The notes beneath the pieces are model-generated. The model was given only the letters and a program-made list of their open reading frames with translations. It was not told where the DNA came from and did no database searches. Positions 1 through 8,556 of a DNA stretch of 64,000 bases are shown here, in pieces. Both the position numbers and the translations under genes were made by a program. The stretch's first letter is position 1. Every line of letters begins with the position of its first letter. The DNA comes from Acidimicrobiales bacterium MED-G01 (lineage in GTDB: Bacteria > Actinomycetota > Acidimicrobiia > Acidimicrobiales > Poriferisodalaceae): positions 53,838-117,837 of the forward strand of contig NTLA01000004.1 in the NCBI GenBank assembly GCA_002457435.1, read 5' to 3'.

Positions 1-565
1 CGGTTGTTGTACCTGCACTGGTGCAAATCACTGAACCGCCGACATCGGATACTTGGGAAGACCCCGAGAAGCCGTCGCTTTCGCGACCCATGAGCTGTTG
101 ACCGTCATAGTAAGTCGTTGGACCGAAGTCCATGCCAACTTCAGAGTCACGACTCTGAGTCCAGGTGGTGTTTCGCATCAGAAGATCAACGTCACCGGTC
201 TGAACTGCTGTGAAGCGCTCAGCGGCCGTCAATGAAACAAAATTCACCTTGTTTGCATCACCGAGGATGGCTGCTGCGACAACGCGGCAATAGTCAGCAT
301 CGAAGCCGGCCATGCTGCCATCAGCTTGCAGTTCCGAGAACGCCACGGCAGAACCTGATACACCACAGTTAACGGTGCCACGGCTCTTGATCGTGTCCAG
401 AAGGCTTTCACCACTGGCTGCGAGCGTTACTTCGGTTTCTTCAGCATCCGATGACGAGTCGCTTGCGCTACTGTCGTCGGAGGAATCGCTCCCGCCACAA
501 GCCGAAGCGGCTAGTGCGATAGCGAATAGCGTGGCAAGCAGTCGCCACATAATATTTTTCCGCAT
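1..565 (-). CDS. aapJ: Amino-acid ABC transporter substrate-binding lipoprotein (AapJ/BztA family); 3' end runs off the window
   Basis: Not in the ORF track; translated by hand from ATG 565: MRKNIMWRLLATLFAIALAASAC (lipobox), then LDTIKSRGTVNCGV, GFDADYCRVVAAA, ERFTAVQTGDVDLLMRNTTWTQSRD and TTYYDGQ, which are AapJ-family motifs. Confidence 0.85.
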   Translation of the reverse strand, partial: MRKNIMWRLLATLFAIALAASACGGSDSSDDSSASDSSSDAEETEVTLAASGESLLDTIKSRGTVNCGVSGSAVAFSELQADGSMAGFDADYCRVVAAAILGDANKVNFVSLTAAERFTAVQTGDVDLLMRNTTWTQSRDSEVGMDFGPTTYYDGQQLMGRESDGFSGSSQVSDVGGSVICTSAGTTT

Positions 566-667
566 CTGTTTGAGTCCCTCTCTGTTGCGGTTACCGGCCC
601 CGCGACCGGATTTCTGCTCGGTTAAGAGTGCGTGCACGGTATACGGTCAACAAAGCAAACCAACACC

Positions 668-696
668 TTGTGATCTTTTCGTCACAATCTCTTTAC
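668..696. promoter_or_regulatory. Candidate operator: GTnAC-like pentamers at 11-bp period (GlnR-like), overlapping a TTGTGA-N8-TCACAA inverted repeat
   Basis: + strand reads GTGAT-n6-GTCAC-n6-TTTAC, upstream of an amino-acid transporter. Confidence 0.35.
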
Positions 697-716
697 AGGG
701 CAGAAACCCTATCTGC

Positions 717-730
717 TAAACGATCGTTTA
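717..730. promoter_or_regulatory. Perfect 14-bp palindrome, candidate repressor operator
   Basis: TAAACGATCGTTTA in the divergent aapJ/cysQ intergenic region. Confidence 0.45.
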
Positions 731-773
731 ACCAAGCCTCATTTAACTTTGCCTAACAGGAGCCGAAGAACCC

Positions 774-1535
774 ATGGCCAACCCCCAAGATCACGCGATT
801 AGCGCTCGCATCGCGACTGACACCGGGAAGCTCCTTCTAGACATCCGTGAACGACTATTTGCTCAAGGAGCAGATAGCTGGACCGTTAAAGACACAGGGG
901 ACCTCGAAGCCCACCGATTTATTGTGAAGGCACTTCGAGAACACTTCCCTAACGACGGGATCTTGTCAGAGGAAGGCCGCGACGATCTGTCCCGTTTGGA
1001 CAAGGAACGAGTTTGGATTGTCGACCCTCTTGATGGAACACGTGAGTTTGGAGAGCCGGGCCGCTCCGATTGGGCAGTGCATGTGGCTCTCACTGAAAAT
1101 GGAACTCCTACAGCTGGCGCAGTCGCCTTACCCGCCATCGACAAGACTCTGACAACCGAACCAGCCTCTCAACTTGCCCCAGCACATGACGGCCGACCCA
1201 AAATGGTCGTCAGTCGTTCGAGAGCTCCAGCAGCTGCAATGATCGTCGCTGAAGCTCTCGGCGCAGAATTACTAGCCCTAGGCTCCGCTGGAGCTAAGGC
1301 CATGGCAGTGGTCCTCGGACACGCTGATATCTACGCTCACAGCGGTGGCCAGTACGAATGGGATAATTGCGCGCCAGCCGCAGTCGCAATGGCAGCGGGT
1401 CTACATGCAAGCCGTTGCGATGGCTCGCCACTTGATTACAACTACGAAGATCCTTGGCTACCAGATTTGTTGATCTGTCGACCAGAGTTCAAAGAAGAAG
1501 CACTCGCCGCTCTTAGACGAGCGATTGAGGGGTGA
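774..1535 (+). CDS. cysQ: 3'(2'),5'-bisphosphate nucleotidase (inositol monophosphatase family)
   Basis: ILSEEG, WIVDPLDGTREF, GSAGAK and EWDNCAP motifs; AGGAG RBS. Confidence 0.9.
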   Translation: MANPQDHAISARIATDTGKLLLDIRERLFAQGADSWTVKDTGDLEAHRFIVKALREHFPNDGILSEEGRDDLSRLDKERVWIVDPLDGTREFGEPGRSDWAVHVALTENGTPTAGAVALPAIDKTLTTEPASQLAPAHDGRPKMVVSRSRAPAAAMIVAEALGAELLALGSAGAKAMAVVLGHADIYAHSGGQYEWDNCAPAAVAMAAGLHASRCDGSPLDYNYEDPWLPDLLICRPEFKEEALAALRRAIEG

Positions 1536-2359
1536 TTTTAGAAATGGAACTAAAAACCACACGTTTCGAAGTGGACGGTCCAATAGCAACGCTCACCCTT
1601 TCGCGACCTGAACGTCGCAATGCTTGGACGGGCAGAATGCATACCGAACTTCGCCATCTTCTACAACGGGCTGACTCTGACCCGGAAATCAGAACGGTAA
1701 TCATCACCGGCGCGAATGACGATTTCTGTGTTGGGGCCGATAGTCAGGCGTTAGAAGGCCATCTCGAAAAAGGTGGGTACGACCCTGGAACTAGCGCTGA
1801 TATTGCGAATCCCGGATACGGGGTCGCTTCTGAATTTGACCAAAATTTTGCATTCATGTTTGGCTTGAACGTAACCACGATCGCGGCAGTTAATGGGGCA
1901 GCTGCCGGGGTTGGATTAGTCCTTGCTTGCTACTGCGATCTTCGGTTCGCTTCCAAACACGCCAAACTCACCACCGCTCACGGCCCTCTGGGCCTGCCGG
2001 CTGAATTCGGACTCTCCTGGCTGCTACCGAGATTGATTGGCTTGACTCGAGCTAACGACCTTTTAATTTCAAGCAGAGTCATTACCGCCGCAGAGACTGC
2101 CGGATGGGGGCTCTTCAACGAGATCCTTGAATCAGCGGAACTCCTTCCGCACGCCGAGTCATATGCATCTGAACTAGTTGCGCGTGTTTCTCCGTCAGCC
2201 CAACGGATGACAAAGCTTCAGGTGTACTTGGATCAACACAGAGATGTTGGTTCCGCTGTAGCCGAATCGGAACGACTGTTAGAAACAGCGATGGTGGACC
2301 CCGACTACCAAGAAGGCGTCCGAGCCCTCATGGAGCGGCGACCACCAAGATGGAATTAG
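1532..2359 (+). CDS. Enoyl-CoA hydratase/isomerase family protein
   Basis: LSRPERRNA, FCVGAD and AAVNGAAAGVG crotonase motifs; GTGA overlap with cysQ (alternative start 1544). Confidence 0.88.
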   Translation: MILEMELKTTRFEVDGPIATLTLSRPERRNAWTGRMHTELRHLLQRADSDPEIRTVIITGANDDFCVGADSQALEGHLEKGGYDPGTSADIANPGYGVASEFDQNFAFMFGLNVTTIAAVNGAAAGVGLVLACYCDLRFASKHAKLTTAHGPLGLPAEFGLSWLLPRLIGLTRANDLLISSRVITAAETAGWGLFNEILESAELLPHAESYASELVARVSPSAQRMTKLQVYLDQHRDVGSAVAESERLLETAMVDPDYQEGVRALMERRPPRWN

Positions 2360-2397
2360 AAGTCGGCGCCAAAATGGAGGCGCCAACCCGCTAATCC

Positions 2398-4149
2398 TCA
2401 GTCATCAAGGACGGTCACCACTCCGGTATCTCCGTCCACCCGGACTCTTGCTCCGTCAGGGATGCGCTTGGTGGCGTCGGTCGCGGATACAACACATGGG
2501 ATGCCAAGCTCTCTACTCACAATGATGGCGTGACTCAGCGCAGCTCCGACGTCAACGACCACACCGGCCGCTGGAACAAACAAAGGAGTCCAAGAAGGGT
2601 CCGTCAGGGGCGCTACGAGCACATCGCCAGGTTCGAGTGCTGTCGGATCATGACTGTCAAGAATCACACGAGCGCGGCCTTCGGAGACACCCGGACAACC
2701 AGATAACCCTTGGATCGAATCACCTGACCCCAGAAGTTCAACCGTTACAGCATCACGATCGGGCCAAGATGACAGAGGTTCACTTTCTCCCACAATTACG
2801 AAAGGCTCTTGCTTGCCCGCCGCCATGTCGAAAATTTCCTGCCGCTGTTCGATTATCTCGCGCCATCCGTCAGGATTATCAATCGCCTGGTGTTGCTCAG
2901 AAAAGCGGAGCATCGCAAAACTCGTTATTTCCGGATACACGCCCCTATCAACCATACGTTGACCCAATTCTCGGGCAGCCATTCGGGCTTCTTGAATAAA
3001 TTTCACGCAATTGGTCTTGGTTCGTTCACGACCGGGCATCAGCACCGATGCACCGTGAGCTCCTGCCAAGAACTGTCCTTGTGCTTCCGGGTCAGCTTCG
3101 AGCATGGCTCCGATCTCAGAGACAAGGCGCTGCCGATCGTCAGCGAGCTGTGCTTGGTGGTCTTGAGGCGCCGCAGATGCCGGAGACACTCGCATCCGAT
3201 CAATCGCAGCCAACGCTAAGTTGGGGGTTGTTTCCCAAGTTGGACATGAAATTTCCCACTCGTTCGGTCCCCTAGACCCATAAGACCGAAGAAATTGGTC
3301 AAAAGCGGCTACAAAGTTTTCGATATCCGAATCGTTGTCGTTTCGCAGGCGAGCGTCCAGACCTTCGATGCCGAGGTCGAAAGCAGCATTGATGCTTTCA
3401 GACGCGGCTGCGGCTCGTCCCAGTTCCCACATAGCCATTGACGGCGCAGCAGATTCGACGTCTCCAAGTCCTGCCATGATCTTCATGGCATCAGTGGGAC
3501 GGCCAACGGCTTCACATACTGCCGACACGATGCCTAACGGAACAGTAGTCAGAAAACTGATGAAAATATGTTGGGCAAAAAGCTCCCGGAACCCCCCGTT
3601 AAAGAAGTCTTCGATCCAGTCAACAATTTCATGATCACCCATCGATTCGAAATCTGGGCGGCTGTCTCGAAGGGCGTTAACCCGTTGCTCCTGCGCCAAG
3701 ACATCGGGAAGGTCCGGGGTTGTTAGAGCCCAACCAAATACTTCTCCGATGCGGGCCTCCGCTTCAGGACTCGGGTCATCTGGGTGTTGCTCATACGCGG
3801 GAATACCCGGTTGCACTCCAAAAAATGCGTCATCAAGGTCCTGCGCCGACAAACCTGGCGCACGCTCACCGAAAATACGCATGAGCGACGCATTCAAGTA
3901 TGTGTACCCACCGAAGACTCCAAGAAATACAGGGTTATCAGGGTCAAATTCACTTTCTTCGAAAGCACCGATTCTGACGTATGCGTCTCGAAAACCGAGT
4001 TCGCTCATTTGAAGACCGTCGTCATTTTGAAAGGCGAAGTCAAAAGTTGCCAGAGCCACCGGGTCGGGAAACACCTCCCCTACATTCGCCCGAGTCCAAA
4101 TTGGGTAACGATCTGACGTCTTAGTACCAACGAAGTATTCCTCGGCCAT
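2398..4149 (-). CDS. PEP-utilising enzyme mobile-domain protein (rifampicin-phosphotransferase-like central domain plus His swivel domain, no ATP-grasp domain)
   Basis: C-terminal GDVLVAPLTDPSWTPLF, SHAIIVSRELGIPCVV and VDGDTG; central YGSRGPNEWE; start 4149 follows a GGAGGAG RBS. Confidence 0.85.
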   Translation of the reverse strand: MAEEYFVGTKTSDRYPIWTRANVGEVFPDPVALATFDFAFQNDDGLQMSELGFRDAYVRIGAFEESEFDPDNPVFLGVFGGYTYLNASLMRIFGERAPGLSAQDLDDAFFGVQPGIPAYEQHPDDPSPEAEARIGEVFGWALTTPDLPDVLAQEQRVNALRDSRPDFESMGDHEIVDWIEDFFNGGFRELFAQHIFISFLTTVPLGIVSAVCEAVGRPTDAMKIMAGLGDVESAAPSMAMWELGRAAAASESINAAFDLGIEGLDARLRNDNDSDIENFVAAFDQFLRSYGSRGPNEWEISCPTWETTPNLALAAIDRMRVSPASAAPQDHQAQLADDRQRLVSEIGAMLEADPEAQGQFLAGAHGASVLMPGRERTKTNCVKFIQEARMAARELGQRMVDRGVYPEITSFAMLRFSEQHQAIDNPDGWREIIEQRQEIFDMAAGKQEPFVIVGESEPLSSWPDRDAVTVELLGSGDSIQGLSGCPGVSEGRARVILDSHDPTALEPGDVLVAPLTDPSWTPLFVPAAGVVVDVGAALSHAIIVSRELGIPCVVSATDATKRIPDGARVRVDGDTGVVTVLDD

Positions 4150-4177
4150 TACTCGCTCCTCCCCGTCGCGCAGTCTG

Positions 4178-4253
4178 ACAGTTGGGACCGATGGACCGGA
4201 TGGCTGCCTCCCCCTCGTGGCAGCCACCCGGCCAGATCGCGAACCACAACTGT
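4178..4253 (-). ncRNA. Putative structured 5' leader RNA (long interrupted hairpin)
   Basis: Minus strand pairs ACAGTTG/CAACTGT, CGAT/ATCG and a 15-bp GGCCGGGTGGCTGCC/GGCAGCCATCCGGTC stem (2 G-U); a TATAGT -10 element (4259-4264) lies just upstream. Confidence 0.5.
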
Positions 4254-4362
4254 TCGGCACTATAGGCACCGCTGCACCCATTTGTGCAAACGTTCATTAA
4301 GGAATATCTAGGCACTCAGGCTTTAACCGACTAGCAACATCACCGTGAGATACGTTCTAGCC

Positions 4363-5661
4363 GTGGTTTCTGAGAAGAACGCCGGTTTCGAATGGACGCA
4401 TGAATGGCCCCATCTGGTGATCTCCCCTGAGGCTGCCGCAGAGCAGGTGCGGGACGGCGACCTTGTGGGGACCAGCCTTCCAGAACCAACAGCCTTTCTT
4501 TATGCCCTCGCAGAACGTAGCGACCTAAACGACGTAGCTGTTTTCGTTCCTGCTCCTAGAAAAGGCGGAGCCGCAGTGGGTACAAATCCGAAACTCGAGC
4601 TACGCGCCCCCTTCTTGACTCAAATTCTGCGCGAGGCCGGTGCAGAGGCCGAACTGATTCCAGTCAGGCTGGAGGACTGGGGAAGATTCGCTATCCGCAA
4701 CCCGCCAAGGGTTGCGTGCGTGCAAGTCGGCACCCCATTACCTGATGGCACAGTCCCTCCAGGTTCAGCGATAGCAGGAAATGACTCTTTGGTTCGTCGC
4801 GCGCGACGAGAAGGCGACCTAGTGTTCGGGCTTGTTAATCCTGTAGTTCCTTATATTCACGGCGACTCATTCAGGGTCGAGGACTTCGATGCCTTGATCC
4901 ATGTTCCGCTCAGGGGCTCAATGCCGATCTTCGACGAGCGAACGCCTCCTTCTAATCTTGACCCTTTTATCGGCGCGCTAGACGAACTGATCCCCAACGG
5001 CGCAACCGTCCAATCAGGAGTCGGCGGCCTCACTGAAGTAGCACTTGCCCGCCTGACTCACAAAACCGATTTGGGTATTCACACCGAAGTGATGTGCCAA
5101 GGCCTGATGGACCTGATGAAGTCTGGGGCCGCTACCAATCGCCTCAAAACAGTCTTCCCAGACAAAACTGTCTTTACAATTGCGTTACCAGAAACCTTTG
5201 ATTTCCTCAACGACAACCCGGACTGTCACATTGTCCCTGCCCACGTTGCCCTGAATCACCAGCAGATCTCCGCCAATCGCGACATGCGGTGCGTAAACGG
5301 TGCTCTAGAAATCGACCTTTGGGGTCAAGTCAACTCTGAGATGATCAATGGTGTTCAACATAGCGGAGTAGGTGGGGCACTAGATTTTCTTCGCGGATGC
5401 CAAATGTCTGAATCAGCCATGTCAATCCACCTAATGCCAGCTACCGCTAAAGGCGGAACTGCTTCTCGAATTGTTCCTCAAATCGGCGTTAACGCTGTAA
5501 CAGCAACCCGTTACGACGTCGACGTTGTCGTCACCGAGTTCGGAATTGCTCGCTTACAAGATGCTTCTGTGCGCCAGAAAGCGGAACGACTGATCGGTGT
5601 AGCTCATCCGGATCACCAAGACGAGCTGAAGGAAGCTGCTCAACGCATGGGGATCTGCTGA
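4363..5661 (+). CDS. Acetyl-CoA hydrolase/CoA-transferase family protein (4-hydroxybutyrate CoA-transferase-like)
   Basis: GATVQSGVG, LGIHTE, EIDLWGQVNSE, SGVGGALDF, VVTEFGIA and AHPDHQDEL; start 4345 or 4363. Confidence 0.85.
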   Translation: MVSEKNAGFEWTHEWPHLVISPEAAAEQVRDGDLVGTSLPEPTAFLYALAERSDLNDVAVFVPAPRKGGAAVGTNPKLELRAPFLTQILREAGAEAELIPVRLEDWGRFAIRNPPRVACVQVGTPLPDGTVPPGSAIAGNDSLVRRARREGDLVFGLVNPVVPYIHGDSFRVEDFDALIHVPLRGSMPIFDERTPPSNLDPFIGALDELIPNGATVQSGVGGLTEVALARLTHKTDLGIHTEVMCQGLMDLMKSGAATNRLKTVFPDKTVFTIALPETFDFLNDNPDCHIVPAHVALNHQQISANRDMRCVNGALEIDLWGQVNSEMINGVQHSGVGGALDFLRGCQMSESAMSIHLMPATAKGGTASRIVPQIGVNAVTATRYDVDVVVTEFGIARLQDASVRQKAERLIGVAHPDHQDELKEAAQRMGIC

Positions 5662-5664
5662 GCC

Positions 5665-6447
5665 TCAAGTCCGCGAACGTTCCGCCCTCACAAAAGTCGG
5701 CTCTTCCGGAGTGCTTCGTTCGGCCGAGTAGGTATACCCCAACTCCGCAAATTCAGTGATCGAACCCGGACTGTCCACCCTGTTCAACACTAACCACGAG
5801 GCCATAGCCCCTCGCGCTTGCTTTGCATAGAGGCTTATGATCTTAAACTTCCCATTCTTTTCATCTAGGAAGCGGGGACTGACAACTCGAGCATTCAAAA
5901 GGGTTTCGTCGACAGCGGAGTAATACTCTTTCGATGCAAGATTGATGAGAACCCGGGAACGATGTCCTTCAAGGTCTGAGGCTAAAAGTTCACTAATCCG
6001 GTCGCCCCAAAATTCGTAGAGTCCCTGACCTCGCGACGTGGCCAAGTTTGTTCCCATCTCAAGTCTGTATGGCTGAATCAGATCCAAAGGTCTAAGCACG
6101 CCATGCAAACCAGACAGTATCCGTATCGTTTTTTGTGCCCTAGTGAAATCTCGTTCCGTGTATCGAGCTACGTCCATCCCTACATATACGTCTCCTCGAA
6201 ATGCCAGCATCGCTGGTCGAGAATTTTGGGTGGTGAAATTCTCTTCCCAGTCCTGAAAACGTTCGGCATTCAGATCCGCTAGGGCAGGAGAAAGGTTCAT
6301 CAGTTGGCCCAGATCTGCTGGTGTCTTCTTCACCAGCTCATCAACCAATTTCGCTGAGTCCTCGATCAGTGCGGGCACCGAGTGCTTACTGGTCGGCAGT
6401 TCCGAATCGAAGTCAAGCCTCTTTGCAGGTGATAAGACAATCAACAC
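5665..6447 (-). CDS. yaaA: Peroxide stress protein YaaA (UPF0246)
   Basis: LSPAKRLDF, FRGDVY, ILSGLHGVLRPLDLIQPYRLEMG, INLASKEY and AKQARG; GGAGG RBS before GTG 6447. Confidence 0.92.
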   Translation of the reverse strand: MLIVLSPAKRLDFDSELPTSKHSVPALIEDSAKLVDELVKKTPADLGQLMNLSPALADLNAERFQDWEENFTTQNSRPAMLAFRGDVYVGMDVARYTERDFTRAQKTIRILSGLHGVLRPLDLIQPYRLEMGTNLATSRGQGLYEFWGDRISELLASDLEGHRSRVLINLASKEYYSAVDETLLNARVVSPRFLDEKNGKFKIISLYAKQARGAMASWLVLNRVDSPGSITEFAELGYTYSAERSTPEEPTFVRAERSRT

Positions 6448-6792
6448 AATGGGTTCCTCCACTCTGGAGTCTAGAGACTATGAAGCGGTATCTCAGGATC
6501 TATTTCAAACCAAGCCAATTTCGGCTCGCTTACCGTTCTCTCGTGTTCCAATCCGATCACAGCGTCGGAATTCGTTCGAGACAACTTAGACCAGCAGTCC
6601 CGGCTAACGTCCCGAACGTGATTAAAGATTCTGATCTCAAAGCGCAGGGGTCGGATACGACAAACGACAATCAAGCCATTGATGCGTATACAAAGATGCC
6701 AACCAAAGCAGGACAAGTGGTCAATAACCGGCCAGATAATTTCATGACCTCCTGTTGGAATCGGTTCGAGCAAACGCTCTAGGTGGAGGAAC

Positions 6793-7791
6793 ATGGCAAC
6801 GACTATTCAGCACTACCAGGACCTCGGCGACTTCGACTATGGCGCTAGCCGCCAAGTCACGCCGCTGATCCGCAGAGTTATTTGCAAAAACCCAACCCCG
6901 TTTACTTACAAGGGAACGGGCACATACCTGGTTGGCAGAGGAGAGGTTGCTGTGATTGACCCTGGCCCACCTTTAGAGAGCCATTTGGACGACATCTTGA
7001 GCGCTCTTGAACCTGGCGAAATGATTACTCACGCGTTTGTTACCCACACCCACAGCGATCATTCACCTCTGACGAAGCAACTGAAAGAACGAACCGGCGC
7101 TATTTCCTACGGCTATGGCCCACACGGAAGTGTAAAAGAGGACGACCCCGAGGATCGCGTCGATTTCTCAGCATTCATCTCCGACAAAGAACAGGAGCAA
7201 TACCGCAAAGAATTCGACGATCTTCCCGAAGAGCTCAAACGCGAAGGAGCGGACACAGAATTTTCGCCCGACATTTTTCTCAAGGACGGCGACATTGTGC
7301 ATGGACCAAGCTGGACGATCAGGTCAATTCATACTCCAGGACACTGTTCCAATCATCTGTGCTTCGAATTAGAAGAAGAAAACAGTCTTTTCTCTGGCGA
7401 TCACGTAATGGGATGGGCCACGAGTGTCGTTGGACCACCAGATGGGTCGATGAAGGAATATATGGAGTCGCTGAAGAAACTACTTCCACTTGACCATGAG
7501 CAATACTGGCCAACCCACGGGCCGGCAATTCCTCAGCCCGTTGAATACGTCCAAAGCTTTATCCATCACCGGGAAGAACGCGAAGAACAAATATTGGGAT
7601 TCCTTCAAGGCGGTCCCCAGAAAATTGCTGACTTCGTCCCTGAAATGTACGAGAAATACGACAAACGACTTTGGTATCCAGCCGCGGGGTCAGTACATGC
7701 CCACTTGTTGCATATGGTTGAAACGGGAAGGGCTGAAGTACTTGATGATCACCGGCAACCCAAGTTGACTGCTACGTATCAGCTCGTCTGA
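6793..7791 (+). CDS. MBL-fold metallo-hydrolase (LACTB2-like, with C-terminal wHTH)
   Basis: THTHSDH, HTPGH, FSGDHVMG and PTHG; GGAGG RBS. Confidence 0.88.
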   Translation: MATTIQHYQDLGDFDYGASRQVTPLIRRVICKNPTPFTYKGTGTYLVGRGEVAVIDPGPPLESHLDDILSALEPGEMITHAFVTHTHSDHSPLTKQLKERTGAISYGYGPHGSVKEDDPEDRVDFSAFISDKEQEQYRKEFDDLPEELKREGADTEFSPDIFLKDGDIVHGPSWTIRSIHTPGHCSNHLCFELEEENSLFSGDHVMGWATSVVGPPDGSMKEYMESLKKLLPLDHEQYWPTHGPAIPQPVEYVQSFIHHREEREEQILGFLQGGPQKIADFVPEMYEKYDKRLWYPAAGSVHAHLLHMVETGRAEVLDDHRQPKLTATYQLV

Positions 7792-7847
7792 ACTATTACG
7801 CAAACATCCGCGTACCTAGACCCAGTCCTGACTAACTTCAGCGTTTC

Positions 7848-8522
7848 ATGCGCCTAGTTATTGCTAACTGCACAGTTGACTACTCAGGTCGCCTAGACGC
7901 ACACCTATCAGAAGCCGTTCGCCTCATCATGGTAAAAGCCGACGGCTGTATTTCAATTCACGCCGATGGTGGCGCCTACAAGCCCCTGAACTGGATGAAT
8001 GCCCCAAACAATATTCACGAGTCAATAGATGATGACGATGAAGTGACATGGCTGGTGACTAATGAAAAACGCGAGAAGTTAACGATCAAAATACACAAAA
8101 TTATTTCAGATTTTTCCCGAGACATGGGAATCGATCCAGGCCTACAAAAAGATGGAGTCGAAGCTCACCTCCAAGAATTACTTGCCGCAAATGTCGACAA
8201 GATCTCTGACGGCATGGTGCTAGTTAGGAGGGAGTACCCCACCGATATTGGGCCCGTCGATCTTCTTTGCCGAGATGACAAAGGTGAGGCTGTCGCTGTC
8301 GAAATCAAACGGAGAGGCGAAATTGACGGTGTCGAGCAGTTAAGTCGGTATCTCGACTATCTCAACCGAGATGGAAATCTTCGGCCAGTGTCGGGGATCT
8401 TCGCAGCGCAGGAAATCAAACCACAGGCCCGCGTTCTGGCTGAGGATCGCGGCATCAAATGCTTGCTACTTGATTACGACGAGTTAAGGGGCATTGAAAG
8501 TGATGAACTCAAACTCTTCTAA
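7848..8522 (+). CDS. nucS: Mismatch-specific endonuclease NucS/EndoMS
   Basis: [58 protein letters not shown]; C-terminal ELKLF. Confidence 0.96.
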   Translation: MRLVIANCTVDYSGRLDAHLSEAVRLIMVKADGCISIHADGGAYKPLNWMNAPNNIHESIDDDDEVTWLVTNEKREKLTIKIHKIISDFSRDMGIDPGLQKDGVEAHLQELLAANVDKISDGMVLVRREYPTDIGPVDLLCRDDKGEAVAVEIKRRGEIDGVEQLSRYLDYLNRDGNLRPVSGIFAAQEIKPQARVLAEDRGIKCLLLDYDELRGIESDELKLF

Positions 8523-8556
8523 GAACTATAGGAATTGTCCAACCCAGTCAGTTGGT

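Noticed and set aside
669-686. CRP/Rex site (TGTGA...TCACA)
   Set aside because: The spacer is 8 nt, not the 6 nt required
53-719. + strand ORFs 53-235 and 312-719
   Set aside because: Shadows of the minus-strand AapJ-family gene, which the ORF track missed because it runs off the window
2398-4281. Rifampicin resistance gene (rph), and the longer 627-aa start
   Set aside because: No ATP-grasp domain is present; the upstream extension runs through the hairpin leader, and the RBS supports 4149
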